From Alphaproteobacteria bacterium (lineage in GTDB: Bacteria; Pseudomonadota; Alphaproteobacteria; Sphingomonadales; Sphingomonadaceae): a DNA stretch of 31,948 nt. The DNA lies in NCBI GenBank assembly GCA_020249025.1, contig JADCGM010000171.1, forward strand, positions 1-31,948, in the 5' to 3' direction. Under the pieces are notes generated by a model that worked only from the letters and a program-made list of their open reading frames with translations, was not told the DNA's origin and did no database searches. Positions 5,902-14,921 of the stretch are shown in pieces. How positions within the stretch are numbered: position 1 is the first letter of the stretch; every line of letters begins with the position of its first letter. A program made the translations under genes and the position numbers.

Positions 5902-7743
5902 TCAGCCCCGCACCACGTCGACGATGCAGGTCCAGGCAGGATCGCGGACGACATCTTCGCGCAAAAGGCGGGACCAATCGTCCTCGCTAGGGTTCAGCAC
6001 GATCGCACGGCCCACGACCATCCGGCGTTGCGCCGGCGTCGGGTCATAGACGGTGATGCCCTTGATCCCGCCGGCACCGTCCGAAACAGCCACGACGTAG
6101 TCCCCGGGCGCCGCATCAGGCGCAAGCTCCACGATGCCCGGCACGACGCCGACGTAGGAGATGCGGTCGACTTTCTGTCGTTCCGCCTCGAGGCGGGCCG
6201 TGAAGATCGGAACCGCTACCTCGTACTCGATCAGCGCAGCCGCGTGGGCAGCCTCGGCCTCTTCGACAGCAGCGTTATGATCGGCACGCGCGGCCTCCCA
6301 CGCATCGAGCAAGTCTTGATAGGCGGCGACGGCGGCGGCGTGCTGCTCCTGTGCCTGCGCGACCAGAGCGTCGTACTGGGCCCTAGCCTTGGTCCATAAA
6401 TCCAGCTTCGCCGGGTGATCTTGCACCCGGGCCTCATGGGCCGACCGGGCAGAAGTCCATGCGTCATGGGCCAGCTCGTGCCTGACCATCCGACGCAGGA
6501 AGGCGTGATCGTCCTCATCCTCGCCACGCGGGGCGAGCACCGGCTCGCCGAGATCGAACTCGCCCGGTGCGACAGGAGCTTCGCCTAGCAGGAACGGCGC
6601 GATCTGCAACGGGGCAGGACCATCGCCGGGATGCTCGGGGCCATCGTACTCGGGCAGATCCAGAACGGGCCGCCGAGGCGCATCACCCACCGACGCGCGA
6701 TTGCCCCAGGTGTCGCCGCCGACGTAGGCTGGGTCCACCGACTTGATCGCCGGTAGGACCATCAGGGCAAAATCGGTCGTCACTTCGTTGCGGGCGGTCA
6801 GGCCGCAGATGCCACCCTTCGGCACCGCTCCGCACCCAGCGTGCTTGTAGCGATACTCGGCATAGTCGGACCCACTGGCGTTGATGCTGCCGGCCGCATT
6901 GATCGAACGGCTTGTGCCCTCGGCCCGGCCGACCTGGAGGACACAGCCTGCGCTGTTCGATGCCCAGAGATAGGCACCGTCCTTGATCGCCAGGACGTTT
7001 TCGGAGCCGTAGACAGTCAGCAGGTTGTTGGTGCCAACGATCCCGGTCGCGCGCGCGACCGTCATCACAGTCGTCGAGCCGATCATGGTCGTCACGAGGC
7101 CGCTGTCGCTGTGGGCGCGCAGCCGCAGTTCCACGTTCGGGATGAAGGTCAGCGAGCCTGCCACCCCGCCGTCGCGCCAGAGGGCCAGCTGGGGCGTGCC
7201 GTTGCCGCTGCCACCATTCGTCGCTTGGATACGGACAATGGGATCGGTGCCGGCGACGTGAAGCGTGGTGGCCGGCGAAGTGCCGATGCCGATCGCGCTG
7301 GAGAAGTTGAGCGTGTTAGGGTTGAGGATGGTCGAGGCGTTGATCGTGACCGAGTCGCCCGAGGCATCGCCGAGCGTCGTGTTGCCGTTGATCGCGACGT
7401 TGCCCGTGAACGTGGCGCCGGCGAGTGCTGCATAGAGCGCCGGGTTGAAGGTCGCCGCCGCGGCCGCAGAGGCGGCTGCAGCCAGCGCATGGTACTTGGC
7501 CGAATACTCACCGCCCGCGACCGCCGAACCCGTCTTCGTCGCCCAGTCCTGCGCAAGGGTCTTCGCCGCCTCGGCAGCGGCTGCGTCCGCTGCGGCCGCC
7601 GCCGCATCGTCATTTACGTCTTCGGCGAGCGCGTTCGCCTGGACCGCGAACGTCGGGAGCGCGGACAGGAACGCGTCGGCGCGCGCCGAGAAGTTCGCCG
7701 CATCGTCACGAGTCGGCGGCGTCGGAAGTGCCGTGATGGGCAT
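5902..7743 (-). CDS. tail fibre/spike with C-terminal peptidase G2-like autocleaving chaperone
   Basis: N-terminal MPITALPTPPTRDDAANFSARADAFL anchor, Ala-rich coil, Gly/Asn/Thr-rich beta region, then ASGSDYAEY...KGGICG...PAYVGGDTWG...VDRI...GDYVV motifs. Confidence 0.82.
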   Translation of the reverse strand: MPITALPTPPTRDDAANFSARADAFLSALPTFAVQANALAEDVNDDAAAAAADAAAAEAAKTLAQDWATKTGSAVAGGEYSAKYHALAAAASAAAAATFNPALYAALAGATFTGNVAINGNTTLGDASGDSVTINASTILNPNTLNFSSAIGIGTSPATTLHVAGTDPIVRIQATNGGSGNGTPQLALWRDGGVAGSLTFIPNVELRLRAHSDSGLVTTMIGSTTVMTVARATGIVGTNNLLTVYGSENVLAIKDGAYLWASNSAGCVLQVGRAEGTSRSINAAGSINASGSDYAEYRYKHAGCGAVPKGGICGLTARNEVTTDFALMVLPAIKSVDPAYVGGDTWGNRASVGDAPRRPVLDLPEYDGPEHPGDGPAPLQIAPFLLGEAPVAPGEFDLGEPVLAPRGEDEDDHAFLRRMVRHELAHDAWTSARSAHEARVQDHPAKLDLWTKARAQYDALVAQAQEQHAAAVAAYQDLLDAWEAARADHNAAVEEAEAAHAAALIEYEVAVPIFTARLEAERQKVDRISYVGVVPGIVELAPDAAPGDYVVAVSDGAGGIKGITVYDPTPAQRRMVVGRAIVLNPSEDDWSRLLREDVVRDPAWTCIVDVVRG

Positions 7744-7756
7744 GCTGGTCTCCGGT

Positions 7757-8653
7757 TCAGGTAAGGCCTTCGACCGTCAGGCTGCAGTAGCTGACGGACG
7801 GGAACGCGACGTCGATCGAGAAGTCCTTGTAGAAGCCGAAGATCGTCATCGACTCGAAGGCCTCCTCGCCGATCCACAGGACCGGCTGCGCCCGCAGGCT
7901 CGCGAGCAAGCGCTGGGCTGCATCGACCTGGTCGGTGAGGATGAGGCTGCGCGCCGTCATGCGCTTCGACCAGTTGCGCTCGACGACCGTCGTCACGCCG
8001 AAGTCGTCGGTCACTTTGCGGCTGTAGTCGACGATGCCGATATCGACGCCCTGTTCGGTCGAGCCGAGCTCGGCGGTCTTGCCGATGATCAGGCCGCCCA
8101 CGCTCACCGTATCGGTCGCGCCGCCGCCAAAGACCTCGACCTTGACGACGGCCTCTGGATAGACCGGCAGATCGAGGAACAGCGCCACCGTCTTCATGCC
8201 GATCGGCTCGAAGAAGTAGGCGAACCAGTTGTTGATGGCGACGCCCGAGGTCATGAACGACCGCTCGCCTTCGTAGACGACCGTCGCGTCGACGGTCATC
8301 GTCACCGTTGCACTCTCGGCCACAGTATCGATGAGCGCGAGGGTATCGACCGAGCCCGGTGAGAGTTCGACCGTAAGCGAGTCAGCCCGCGACGTTTCGG
8401 TGCCGACCCGGTTGTCGAACATCGCCCAGCGGTTCGTCGGCCCGAGATCCACCCACTTCGTCGGGTTGGTCGCAGGGTTGAAGCCGGTGTTGGCGCCAAC
8501 CAGCGACTCGTACCGCCGGTGCGTCGACGCCAGGATGACCTTCGCCCCAAGCGCGTAGGTTGTACCGGCGGCCCACGCGGGGTGATCGGTCTCGGGGACG
8601 TCACTGCTGACGAGTGAGGCGTCGGTGATGACGATCGGCCGGACGACCTTCAT
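7757..8653 (-). CDS. tail tip/distal tail protein (298 aa)
   Basis: True start MKVVRPIVIT at 8653 overlaps the TMP stop (ATGA); WAAGTTYALGAKV carbohydrate-binding-like motif; directly follows the TMP. Confidence 0.8.
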   Translation of the reverse strand: MKVVRPIVITDASLVSSDVPETDHPAWAAGTTYALGAKVILASTHRRYESLVGANTGFNPATNPTKWVDLGPTNRWAMFDNRVGTETSRADSLTVELSPGSVDTLALIDTVAESATVTMTVDATVVYEGERSFMTSGVAINNWFAYFFEPIGMKTVALFLDLPVYPEAVVKVEVFGGGATDTVSVGGLIIGKTAELGSTEQGVDIGIVDYSRKVTDDFGVTTVVERNWSKRMTARSLILTDQVDAAQRLLASLRAQPVLWIGEEAFESMTIFGFYKDFSIDVAFPSVSYCSLTVEGLT

Positions 8654-11600
8654 GCCGCGTCCCTCGTCTCGATCGCATCGCCGTCCGGCGTCACCCGTTC
8701 GAGGATCCGAGCGGTCTTGCCGGTGTGGCCGGCAGTCGCTGCGTGTCCTGCCCGGTTCTCGGCGCGCAGCTCGGAGACCTCGGAGCGCAGGCGGCGCAGC
8801 TCGGCGACGACGGCGCCGTCGTTCGCAGCGGACTGCGCGCCGGCGATCTGGCCCTGGATGAAGTTGTCCCACCAGGCAGGCTTTGCCGCGCCGGCGTTCC
8901 CGAGCATGGCCACGACGTCGGCAGCAGACGCGAACCCGCCACCGACCAGTGCCGCCGTTTCCTCGAGGCTGCCGGCGACGCGGCCGCGGATCCTCGCGAG
9001 CTCGGCGGTGTCGGCGGCACTCGCCTCGGCCGCGGCCAGCAGCGAGCCTGACAGCGAAGTGAGCAGGCGGGCCGCGTCCTGGTCGCCGCCGCGCGCCAGT
9101 GTCGTCGCATCCTCGAAGCGGGCCATGAGCGTGGCAAAGCTGCCGGTTTCGTCACCCATAACGCCGCGGATCCGCTGCACTTCGTCGAGCAGGCTATCGG
9201 TGATCGAGGCCCACGCATCCCGCAGCCGATCGGCGGCTTGCGTCGCCTCCTCCGCTGCCCGGGCGGCCTGCTCCTGCGCGGCCGTCTGGTCCTGCAATGC
9301 CCAGATCTGAAGCTGCAAAGCGCGGTTCGAGGCGTCGAGGCTGGCGAGATCGCGGGTCCTCAGCGCTGCTGTGTTCCCCTGCAGCTCGAGCAGCTGGCGT
9401 TCGAGGCCCGCGCGCTCCGAGAGGATCTGGGCCTGCGCGGCAGCGGCAGCCGCCGCCGCACGCTCAGCCTCGGCTGTCGCTGCGGCCGCATCTTCGAGGG
9501 ACCAGATGTAAAGCTGCAGCGAGCGATTGGAAGCGTCGAGCCCATCGAGCTCGCGGCGGCGCAGCTCGCCCGTGTTGCCCTGCATCTCGAGCAGCCGGCG
9601 CTCCAGGCCGGCGCGCTCGCTCGCGATCGCGGCCGCCGCCCGTGCGGTATCATCGAGTACCCGCTGCGCCTCGCTTGCGGCACGTGCCGCGGCTTCGGTT
9701 GCAGATGCCTGTTCCTCAAGCGCCCAGATCTGCAGCTGCAGGGCGCGGTTCGATGGGTCGAGCGCTTCGAGCTCGCGCCGGCGCAGCTCGGCCGTGTTGC
9801 CCTGCAGCTGCAGCAGCCGCTCCTCTAGACCGAGCCGCTCCTCTGCGATCGCGTTGGCGCGCTCGGCCGCCTCGGCTGCGGCGTCGGCGGCCGCCTGGGC
9901 GGCATCCTCGGCTGTCCCAAAAACGTCGGCGAACGTCGGCCCGAGCTTCAGCAGTGCGACATAGGCCTGCCGGCCAGCCTCGGTCGTCAGGTCCTGCGCC
10001 TCGACGAGCGCCCGGAAGGCGGCCGCGGTCGCCGGCATCTCCAGTCCGAGATCGCCCATGACGCGGGACAGCTGCGACGTGCGCAGCGCGGCCCGCTCGG
10101 CGTCCGTATAGAAGCTCTCGAAATAGTCGCCGATCGCCGACTGGGCAGCACCAATGTCGCCGAACTGGTCGACGAGCATCATGACGGCGTCGACGCCCAG
10201 GCGCGTCGACTGGCCGAGCAGGGCGAAGCTGCCGTTGAGCGCCTCGACCGTCGAGGCGACGCGGACGATCGTCTCGAAGTAGCCCTCGCCGACTCTCTGG
10301 AACTTCTCCAGGCCGGGGAGTGCTGCCTGCGCCATGTTGTCGGCGGCCGCCCCGAAGATCGCGGCGAGCTTCTCCTGGATCTCCTCGCCCTTCAGCCCCA
10401 TCAGATCGATGCGGCCGATATCGACCACGAAGCTCGCGAGCTTCGACTCGACCTCGCCGAGCGAGATCCCGAGCGGCCCGGCCGCCGCGCCGATCGCCTT
10501 GTTGAAGTCGGCGAAGATCAGCGCGAACTGGCGCTCCAGCTCGTCGTCCGCCGCCGTCGTCTGGGTGCTGTACTTCTTCGACGTCGTGATGCCGAAGGTC
10601 TTCTTCTTCTTCTGGACGTCGGAGAAGTACTCGGCAGCGAAGCCGCCATTGAAGATGTCGGCGAGCGACTGCGGTCCAGCCGAGATGCCCTGTCCGATGA
10701 TGCTCGTCTTCGTCCCGAACAGCGCCTTGCCAATACCGCCGATGAGGCCGCCGACGATCGGGATCTCGGAGAGCACGCTGAAGACGGCCCCGTCGAGGCC
10801 CGACAGCTTCGTGCCAAGCTCGACGCCGCCGCCCGACGCTTCGATGCCGCCGGTGCGCTGGACGAGGTTCGTCAGCCCGCCGATGTTCGCCTCGATGTTG
10901 CGAAGCGAAGCCAGCATCTGCGAGCTGTAGCGCATGGTCAGCGTGTCGACCTCGGTCAGCTGCTGGATGGAGCGGGCGATGCTCTCGCTCTGGGCTTCGT
11001 CATCACCGAAGACCGTGCCCTTGCCAGTGCTGTAGGTTGGCTTCGAGGATCCGCCACCGAATGCCCCCCCGATCGCCACGCCAAGCGAGGCGATGACCGC
11101 CGCCGTTGCCGCACCCGCCGCGATGTTCGCGGGGAAGGGGAGGGACCGGATCGAATTGACGACAGCCTCGACCGCCTTGACGGCCGTCGTCGCCAGAGAG
11201 TTGCCCTGCTCGACGCCGGCGCGCGCGGTATCGGACGCCGCCATGGCCGCATCGCTCGACAGCTTCGCGGCCGTCACGCCGCCCAGGAGCCCGATCTTGG
11301 TGGCGGCCGTCTGGATCGCCAGCCCGACTTCGATCGCGCGGAAGGCGGTCTCGGCCGCCTCGAGGGCCTTGTAGCCCTTGCTACCCTCCTTGAAGAAGCC
11401 CTTCGCAGCACCCGCGAGGTTGCCGTAGTCGTTGATCTGCAGGCGAGTGCGCTGGCGCTCGATCCGCTGCAGGGCAAGGAAGTCGCTGCCGGCAGCTTTG
11501 ACCGCCTCGGCATAGGCCTCCTGCCGCTCGACCATCTTGTCCATGCCGTTGACGAGCGCGCCAAGTGCACGGCCGCTGTTGCCGAAGACCCCGTCGAGAT

Positions 11601-13200
11601 CGATGTCGGCCTTCAGTGACAGGAACCGCTCGACCGACTCGTTGGCGCGCTTCCAGGCATCCGCGAAGCCCTCGATGTCGCGCTGCGCCATGTCGTCGAG
11701 CGACGTCGAAAGCACCTGCCGGGCGGCAATGAGTTCGTTGACGCGGCGCTCGGCATCGAGGCGCTCCTCGACCACCTTCCAGCTGACGCCGGCGCGAGCC
11801 TGCTCCGCACGAAAGCGCGCCTCCTCGAGTGTCGCGCCCTGCCGCATCAGGTCCAGCACGTCGGCGAGGTGTGCGGTCTCGTCGGTCAGGCTCCGCTCGG
11901 CGATCACACGGTTGAGCCGCTGTTCCGCCTCGATACGCGCGTCGATCTGGGCCTCGGTCACCCCGGCCTGCGCTTGCTGGATCCGGAAGCGCGCCTCCTC
12001 GACCTTCATGCCCGCGCCGATTAGCTCGACCTGCCGCGTCAGCCCGCTGGTATCGGCCTCGAAGTCCTTCTGCAGCTTCAGCAGTCGGTTGCGCTCTTCG
12101 AGCGCCGCCTTCGCCTTGCGGTTTCGCTCCTCTTCGGCCTTCTCGATCGCCTCCCAATCCGGCCCGGTCACCCCGGCGCCGGAAGTCGGGCGATCCTTGC
12201 CTGGAACCGTCCACTGGCCGGTCATGACGTGGAACTGATAGCCGTCAGCTGTTGGCCCGGGCTTCCTTGCCTGCCGATCGCGGGCCATACCCGAGCGGCC
12301 ATAGGCGGCCACGCCGGCACCGATGCCCGCGCCCGCGATGGCCCCTAGCGGTCCGCCGAGCAGCAAGCCAGCTGTGGCCCCGGCTGCAGCGCCCTTGAAG
12401 ACGTATTCCCAATCGGTCGGGGACATCAGGGATGCCGCCGTCGCAAGGCTGCTCAGGGCATCGGCGAGCCTCAGGATGCCGTCGGCGTTGTCCGCGACGA
12501 TTCCAGCGATCTTCGCCTCGAGTACCGTCTTAACGGCAGCCAGCTTATCGGCGGTCTGGTCGGCCTTCTGGATGTCGTCATCACCCAGCACCACGCCCAG
12601 CTCCTGAGCGGCCCGGCGGAGATCATCGATCTCGTCGGCGCCACCGGCGAGCAGCGTGTCGAGCTGCTGGCCTGCCTTGCCGAACAGCGCGATCTCGTAG
12701 GCCGCGCGCTGCGCTGCAGAAGGCATGGTGCCGAGCTTCTCAGCGATCTCCGGGATTAGATCGCCCGCGGTCTTCACATCGCCGTTGGTCTCGCGCAGCG
12801 ACAGCCCCAGCTCGCGGAAGACCTTGGCCTGTTCCTTCTCACCCTTCAGCGCCTTGCCGATGGTCTGGGTGAGCTTGGCCAGCCCCTTGTCCATCGCCTC
12901 CTGCTCGATGCCGACCTGAGTCGCCATGTAGCGATATTCCTGCAGGTCGCGCGTCGTGACGCCGAGCTGCTGGGAGACCTCCCCAAGCGAGGATGCGTAG
13001 TCGAGCCCGCGTCGGCCGACCTCGACCAGCGTGCCGATCGACAGGCCGGTTACGAAACCGCCGAGTGCCGTCTTCGCGACGTCGGTGGCGCGCTTGATCG
13101 ATCCCATCGAACGGTCGACGATCCCGGTCGCCCTGGTCATGTCGGATTGCAGGCGAGCGAGATTCGCGAGGATCTCGATTTCGAGGCTGCCGGCTTTCAT
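8650..13200 (-). CDS. tail tape measure protein (1516 aa)
   Basis: Start MKAGSLEIEILAN; long Ala/Glu/Arg helical protein with Gly-rich hydrophobic segments and internal repeats; follows the tail chaperones. Confidence 0.93.
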   Translation of the reverse strand: MKAGSLEIEILANLARLQSDMTRATGIVDRSMGSIKRATDVAKTALGGFVTGLSIGTLVEVGRRGLDYASSLGEVSQQLGVTTRDLQEYRYMATQVGIEQEAMDKGLAKLTQTIGKALKGEKEQAKVFRELGLSLRETNGDVKTAGDLIPEIAEKLGTMPSAAQRAAYEIALFGKAGQQLDTLLAGGADEIDDLRRAAQELGVVLGDDDIQKADQTADKLAAVKTVLEAKIAGIVADNADGILRLADALSSLATAASLMSPTDWEYVFKGAAAGATAGLLLGGPLGAIAGAGIGAGVAAYGRSGMARDRQARKPGPTADGYQFHVMTGQWTVPGKDRPTSGAGVTGPDWEAIEKAEEERNRKAKAALEERNRLLKLQKDFEADTSGLTRQVELIGAGMKVEEARFRIQQAQAGVTEAQIDARIEAEQRLNRVIAERSLTDETAHLADVLDLMRQGATLEEARFRAEQARAGVSWKVVEERLDAERRVNELIAARQVLSTSLDDMAQRDIEGFADAWKRANESVERFLSLKADIDLDGVFGNSGRALGALVNGMDKMVERQEAYAEAVKAAGSDFLALQRIERQRTRLQINDYGNLAGAAKGFFKEGSKGYKALEAAETAFRAIEVGLAIQTAATKIGLLGGVTAAKLSSDAAMAASDTARAGVEQGNSLATTAVKAVEAVVNSIRSLPFPANIAAGAATAAVIASLGVAIGGAFGGGSSKPTYSTGKGTVFGDDEAQSESIARSIQQLTEVDTLTMRYSSQMLASLRNIEANIGGLTNLVQRTGGIEASGGGVELGTKLSGLDGAVFSVLSEIPIVGGLIGGIGKALFGTKTSIIGQGISAGPQSLADIFNGGFAAEYFSDVQKKKKTFGITTSKKYSTQTTAADDELERQFALIFADFNKAIGAAAGPLGISLGEVESKLASFVVDIGRIDLMGLKGEEIQEKLAAIFGAAADNMAQAALPGLEKFQRVGEGYFETIVRVASTVEALNGSFALLGQSTRLGVDAVMMLVDQFGDIGAAQSAIGDYFESFYTDAERAALRTSQLSRVMGDLGLEMPATAAAFRALVEAQDLTTEAGRQAYVALLKLGPTFADVFGTAEDAAQAAADAAAEAAERANAIAEERLGLEERLLQLQGNTAELRRRELEALDPSNRALQLQIWALEEQASATEAAARAASEAQRVLDDTARAAAAIASERAGLERRLLEMQGNTGELRRRELDGLDASNRSLQLYIWSLEDAAAATAEAERAAAAAAAAQAQILSERAGLERQLLELQGNTAALRTRDLASLDASNRALQLQIWALQDQTAAQEQAARAAEEATQAADRLRDAWASITDSLLDEVQRIRGVMGDETGSFATLMARFEDATTLARGGDQDAARLLTSLSGSLLAAAEASAADTAELARIRGRVAGSLEETAALVGGGFASAADVVAMLGNAGAAKPAWWDNFIQGQIAGAQSAANDGAVVAELRRLRSEVSELRAENRAGHAATAGHTGKTARILERVTPDGDAIETRDAA
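9289..9849 (-). repeat. three ~46-aa repeats within the TMP
   Basis: IAEERLGLEERLLQLQGNTAELRRRELEALDPSNRALQLQIWALEE-like units at 9849-9712, 9627-9490 and 9426-9289. Confidence 0.9.
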
Positions 13201-13219
13201 CGACTGTCCTTCGTTGGGA

Positions 13220-13248
13220 TTGCCCGACCGCGCGCCGCCACATAGGTT
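13220..13248 (+). promoter_or_regulatory. promoter of the antisense moron
   Basis: TTGCCC (13220-13225), 17 nt, TAGGTT (13243-13248); RBS AAGGAG at 13256-13261. Confidence 0.55.
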
Positions 13249-13268
13249 GCGGCGCAAGGAGAACTGCG

Positions 13269-13475
13269 ATGCGGTACTGGTCGGCCAAGTGGGCCTTGAG
13301 AGTTTCGGGAGCAGCCGTAGGCGCTGCCGCCATCTACACTGGCGTGAACGCAATGATGTTCTGGGAGTCGGCACCGGCAATTGCCGTTGGCAACCTCATC
13401 ACATCGGCGACCATGCTCGCTTTATTCACGCTGTGCGAAGCGGTGTTTCAGATCATGCAACGCATGGAAGAATAG
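13269..13475 (+). CDS. antisense moron, two-TM small membrane protein (68 aa)
   Basis: Only plus-strand ORF in the tail operon; fills the gap between chaperone and TMP; strong RBS; lower GC; two hydrophobic helices. Confidence 0.75.
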   Translation: MRYWSAKWALRVSGAAVGAAAIYTGVNAMMFWESAPAIAVGNLITSATMLALFTLCEAVFQIMQRMEE

Positions 13476-13481
13476 CTAGAA

Positions 13482-13952
13482 TCAGCCCTTCCGCTTCGCT
13501 CTCGCGCCGAAGGCGGCCGCGAGCTTCTGCGCAACCAACTTCCGGTTCGCATCAATCTCCGACACCCACGGCGCCGGGCAGTCGACCTTCTCCGCTCGCT
13601 GGCTCTCGGCAAGGAAGACAGCCGACAGCTCCCGGATCATCCGAGTCTGCCAAGGCGGCAACCGCCGTCCCGTCTGCTGCTGCCAGGCCTGCAGCTCGCC
13701 CCAGCTGAGCGGCATCGCACCCATCCCGCCCGGTTGGACGGGACCAGCCTCCATCAGCATGTCGACCATCCAAGGGGCCGACAACGGCGGAAGCGGCACT
13801 GCAGCCCCTTCCGCCGTCATCTTCCGGATCCGGCTGACCGGCTCGACCGCTGCCGTCGAGCGGAGGGTCTTGCCACCCTCGGCCTTCGGCACCGCGTTCA
13901 GCCAGGCGAGTTGCCGGACGTAAAGGCTGAGCTCCTCGCTCAGCGCTTCGTA
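13482..13952 (-). CDS. tail assembly chaperone, frameshift extension (gpGT-like)
   Basis: Open in the -1 frame from 13952 (YEALSEELSLYVRQLAWLNAVPKAEGG...LSWGELQAWQQQTG...); lies between the gpG-like gene and the TMP. Confidence 0.75.
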   Translation of the reverse strand, partial: YEALSEELSLYVRQLAWLNAVPKAEGGKTLRSTAAVEPVSRIRKMTAEGAAVPLPPLSAPWMVDMLMEAGPVQPGGMGAMPLSWGELQAWQQQTGRRLPPWQTRMIRELSAVFLAESQRAEKVDCPAPWVSEIDANRKLVAQKLAAAFGARAKRKG

Positions 13953-13958
13953 AAATGG
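13926..13958 (-). promoter_or_regulatory. candidate -1 programmed frameshift signal
   Basis: C CAT TTT A at 13958-13951, 7 nt spacer, perfect hairpin GCTGAGC-GAGGA-GCTCAGC (13944-13926). Confidence 0.6.
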
Positions 13959-14347
13959 CTCCAGTCACCCACGTGGCGCGAAACCTGCTCGGCGATGAAG
14001 CCAAGTTTGCGATCACCGTAGACCGCCTTGAACATCTCGCGGCCGCCGTTGGGGTGCTCGGGATGGCCGAAGCCGTTGAAGCTGACCGTCAGGTCGGCGA
14101 GATCCTCGGCCTGCTCGGCGAAACGCTGCGCCGGCGTCTGGTCGGCCTTGCCCTTCTTGCGCAGCCGCTCGATCGCCCGGGCGTTCTGGCGCGACTGGAC
14201 AATGGCGAAGGGCTCGCTGCCCGGCCCGTAGACGGTGATGGAGATCGGCTTCTTCTTGTCGTCGAGCAGCGGTTCGTCGTTGCCGTTGAGCAGCTCGAAG
14301 GTGGACGTCTCTTCGGCGGCGACCTTGGTGATGTCGAAAACGGTCAT
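13940..14347 (-). CDS. tail assembly chaperone (gpG-like, 135 aa)
   Basis: RBS GAAGGA, start MTVFDITKVAA; ITVYGPGS motif; ends DWSHFTKR; follows the tail tube gene. Confidence 0.85.
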   Translation of the reverse strand: MTVFDITKVAAEETSTFELLNGNDEPLLDDKKKPISITVYGPGSEPFAIVQSRQNARAIERLRKKGKADQTPAQRFAEQAEDLADLTVSFNGFGHPEHPNGGREMFKAVYGDRKLGFIAEQVSRHVGDWSHFTKR

Positions 14348-14373
14348 GCTTGCATCCTTCACGGGAGGAGGGT

Positions 14374-14414
14374 GCGCTGGCCCGCCCCGCCCCGTGAACG
14401 GGGCAGGCCAGCGC
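14374..14414 (-). other. long stem-loop between tail tube and chaperone genes
   Basis: GCGCTGGCC/GGCCAGCGC (9 bp) enclosing GCCCCG-TTCA-CGGGGC (6 bp). Confidence 0.6.
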
Positions 14415-14444
14415 GGGTATTCCGGCCGTCAGGCCGGAAACTGC

Positions 14445-14903
14445 TTAGGCGGGATCGGCGACGACGCCGACGCCGGCCGAGTTGGTGGTGATCTCGAGGC
14501 TGGTCGTGGCGCTGGTGATCTGGTCGACCGAGCCTACGCCGATCTTGAAGCTCATCGCCTTGGCCCGGAAGTAGAACTTCGAGCCGTCCTGCAGCGTGAC
14601 GCAGTACGAATAGTCGTCATCGTCATCGACTGCGGCCTGCAGCAGCACCTGCCCGGCATCGTCCTGGTCGAGGCCGAGCCCGAGATTCATTGCGCCTTCG
14701 TTGAAGCTGCCCTTGTACTTCTGCGTGCCGCGCGACCCGACGGGGTTGTGCGTCACCAGCGAGAACTCGCGGCCGAATTCGCCGAGGTCCGTGATCTCGC
14801 CAACATTGACGAAGGTCAGCGCCTCGTAGCCGGCGACGTTGAAGGTGGCCGGCGCGGCCTTCACGATGCCGAGGGTCGACCCGGCACTGGTCTGAACAGT
14901 CAT
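14445..14903 (-). CDS. major tail tube protein
   Basis: RBS AGGAGA, start MTVQTSAGS; VGEITDLGEFG, KYKGSFNEG, DAGQ motifs typical of siphovirus tubes. Confidence 0.88.
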   Translation of the reverse strand: MTVQTSAGSTLGIVKAAPATFNVAGYEALTFVNVGEITDLGEFGREFSLVTHNPVGSRGTQKYKGSFNEGAMNLGLGLDQDDAGQVLLQAAVDDDDDYSYCVTLQDGSKFYFRAKAMSFKIGVGSVDQITSATTSLEITTNSAGVGVVADPA

Positions 14904-14921
14904 GCTCAATCTCCTGACATG

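Noticed and set aside
5902-7743. Diversity-generating retroelement or invertible tail-fibre cassette
   Set aside because: No reverse transcriptase, template/variable repeat pair, or invertase with flanking inverted repeats in the window.
13201-13380. Extended starts in the ORF track (TMP 13380; also 8872, 16125, 16469, 23517, 24156, 30846)
   Set aside because: They overlap neighbouring real genes; downstream starts have an RBS or stop/start coupling.
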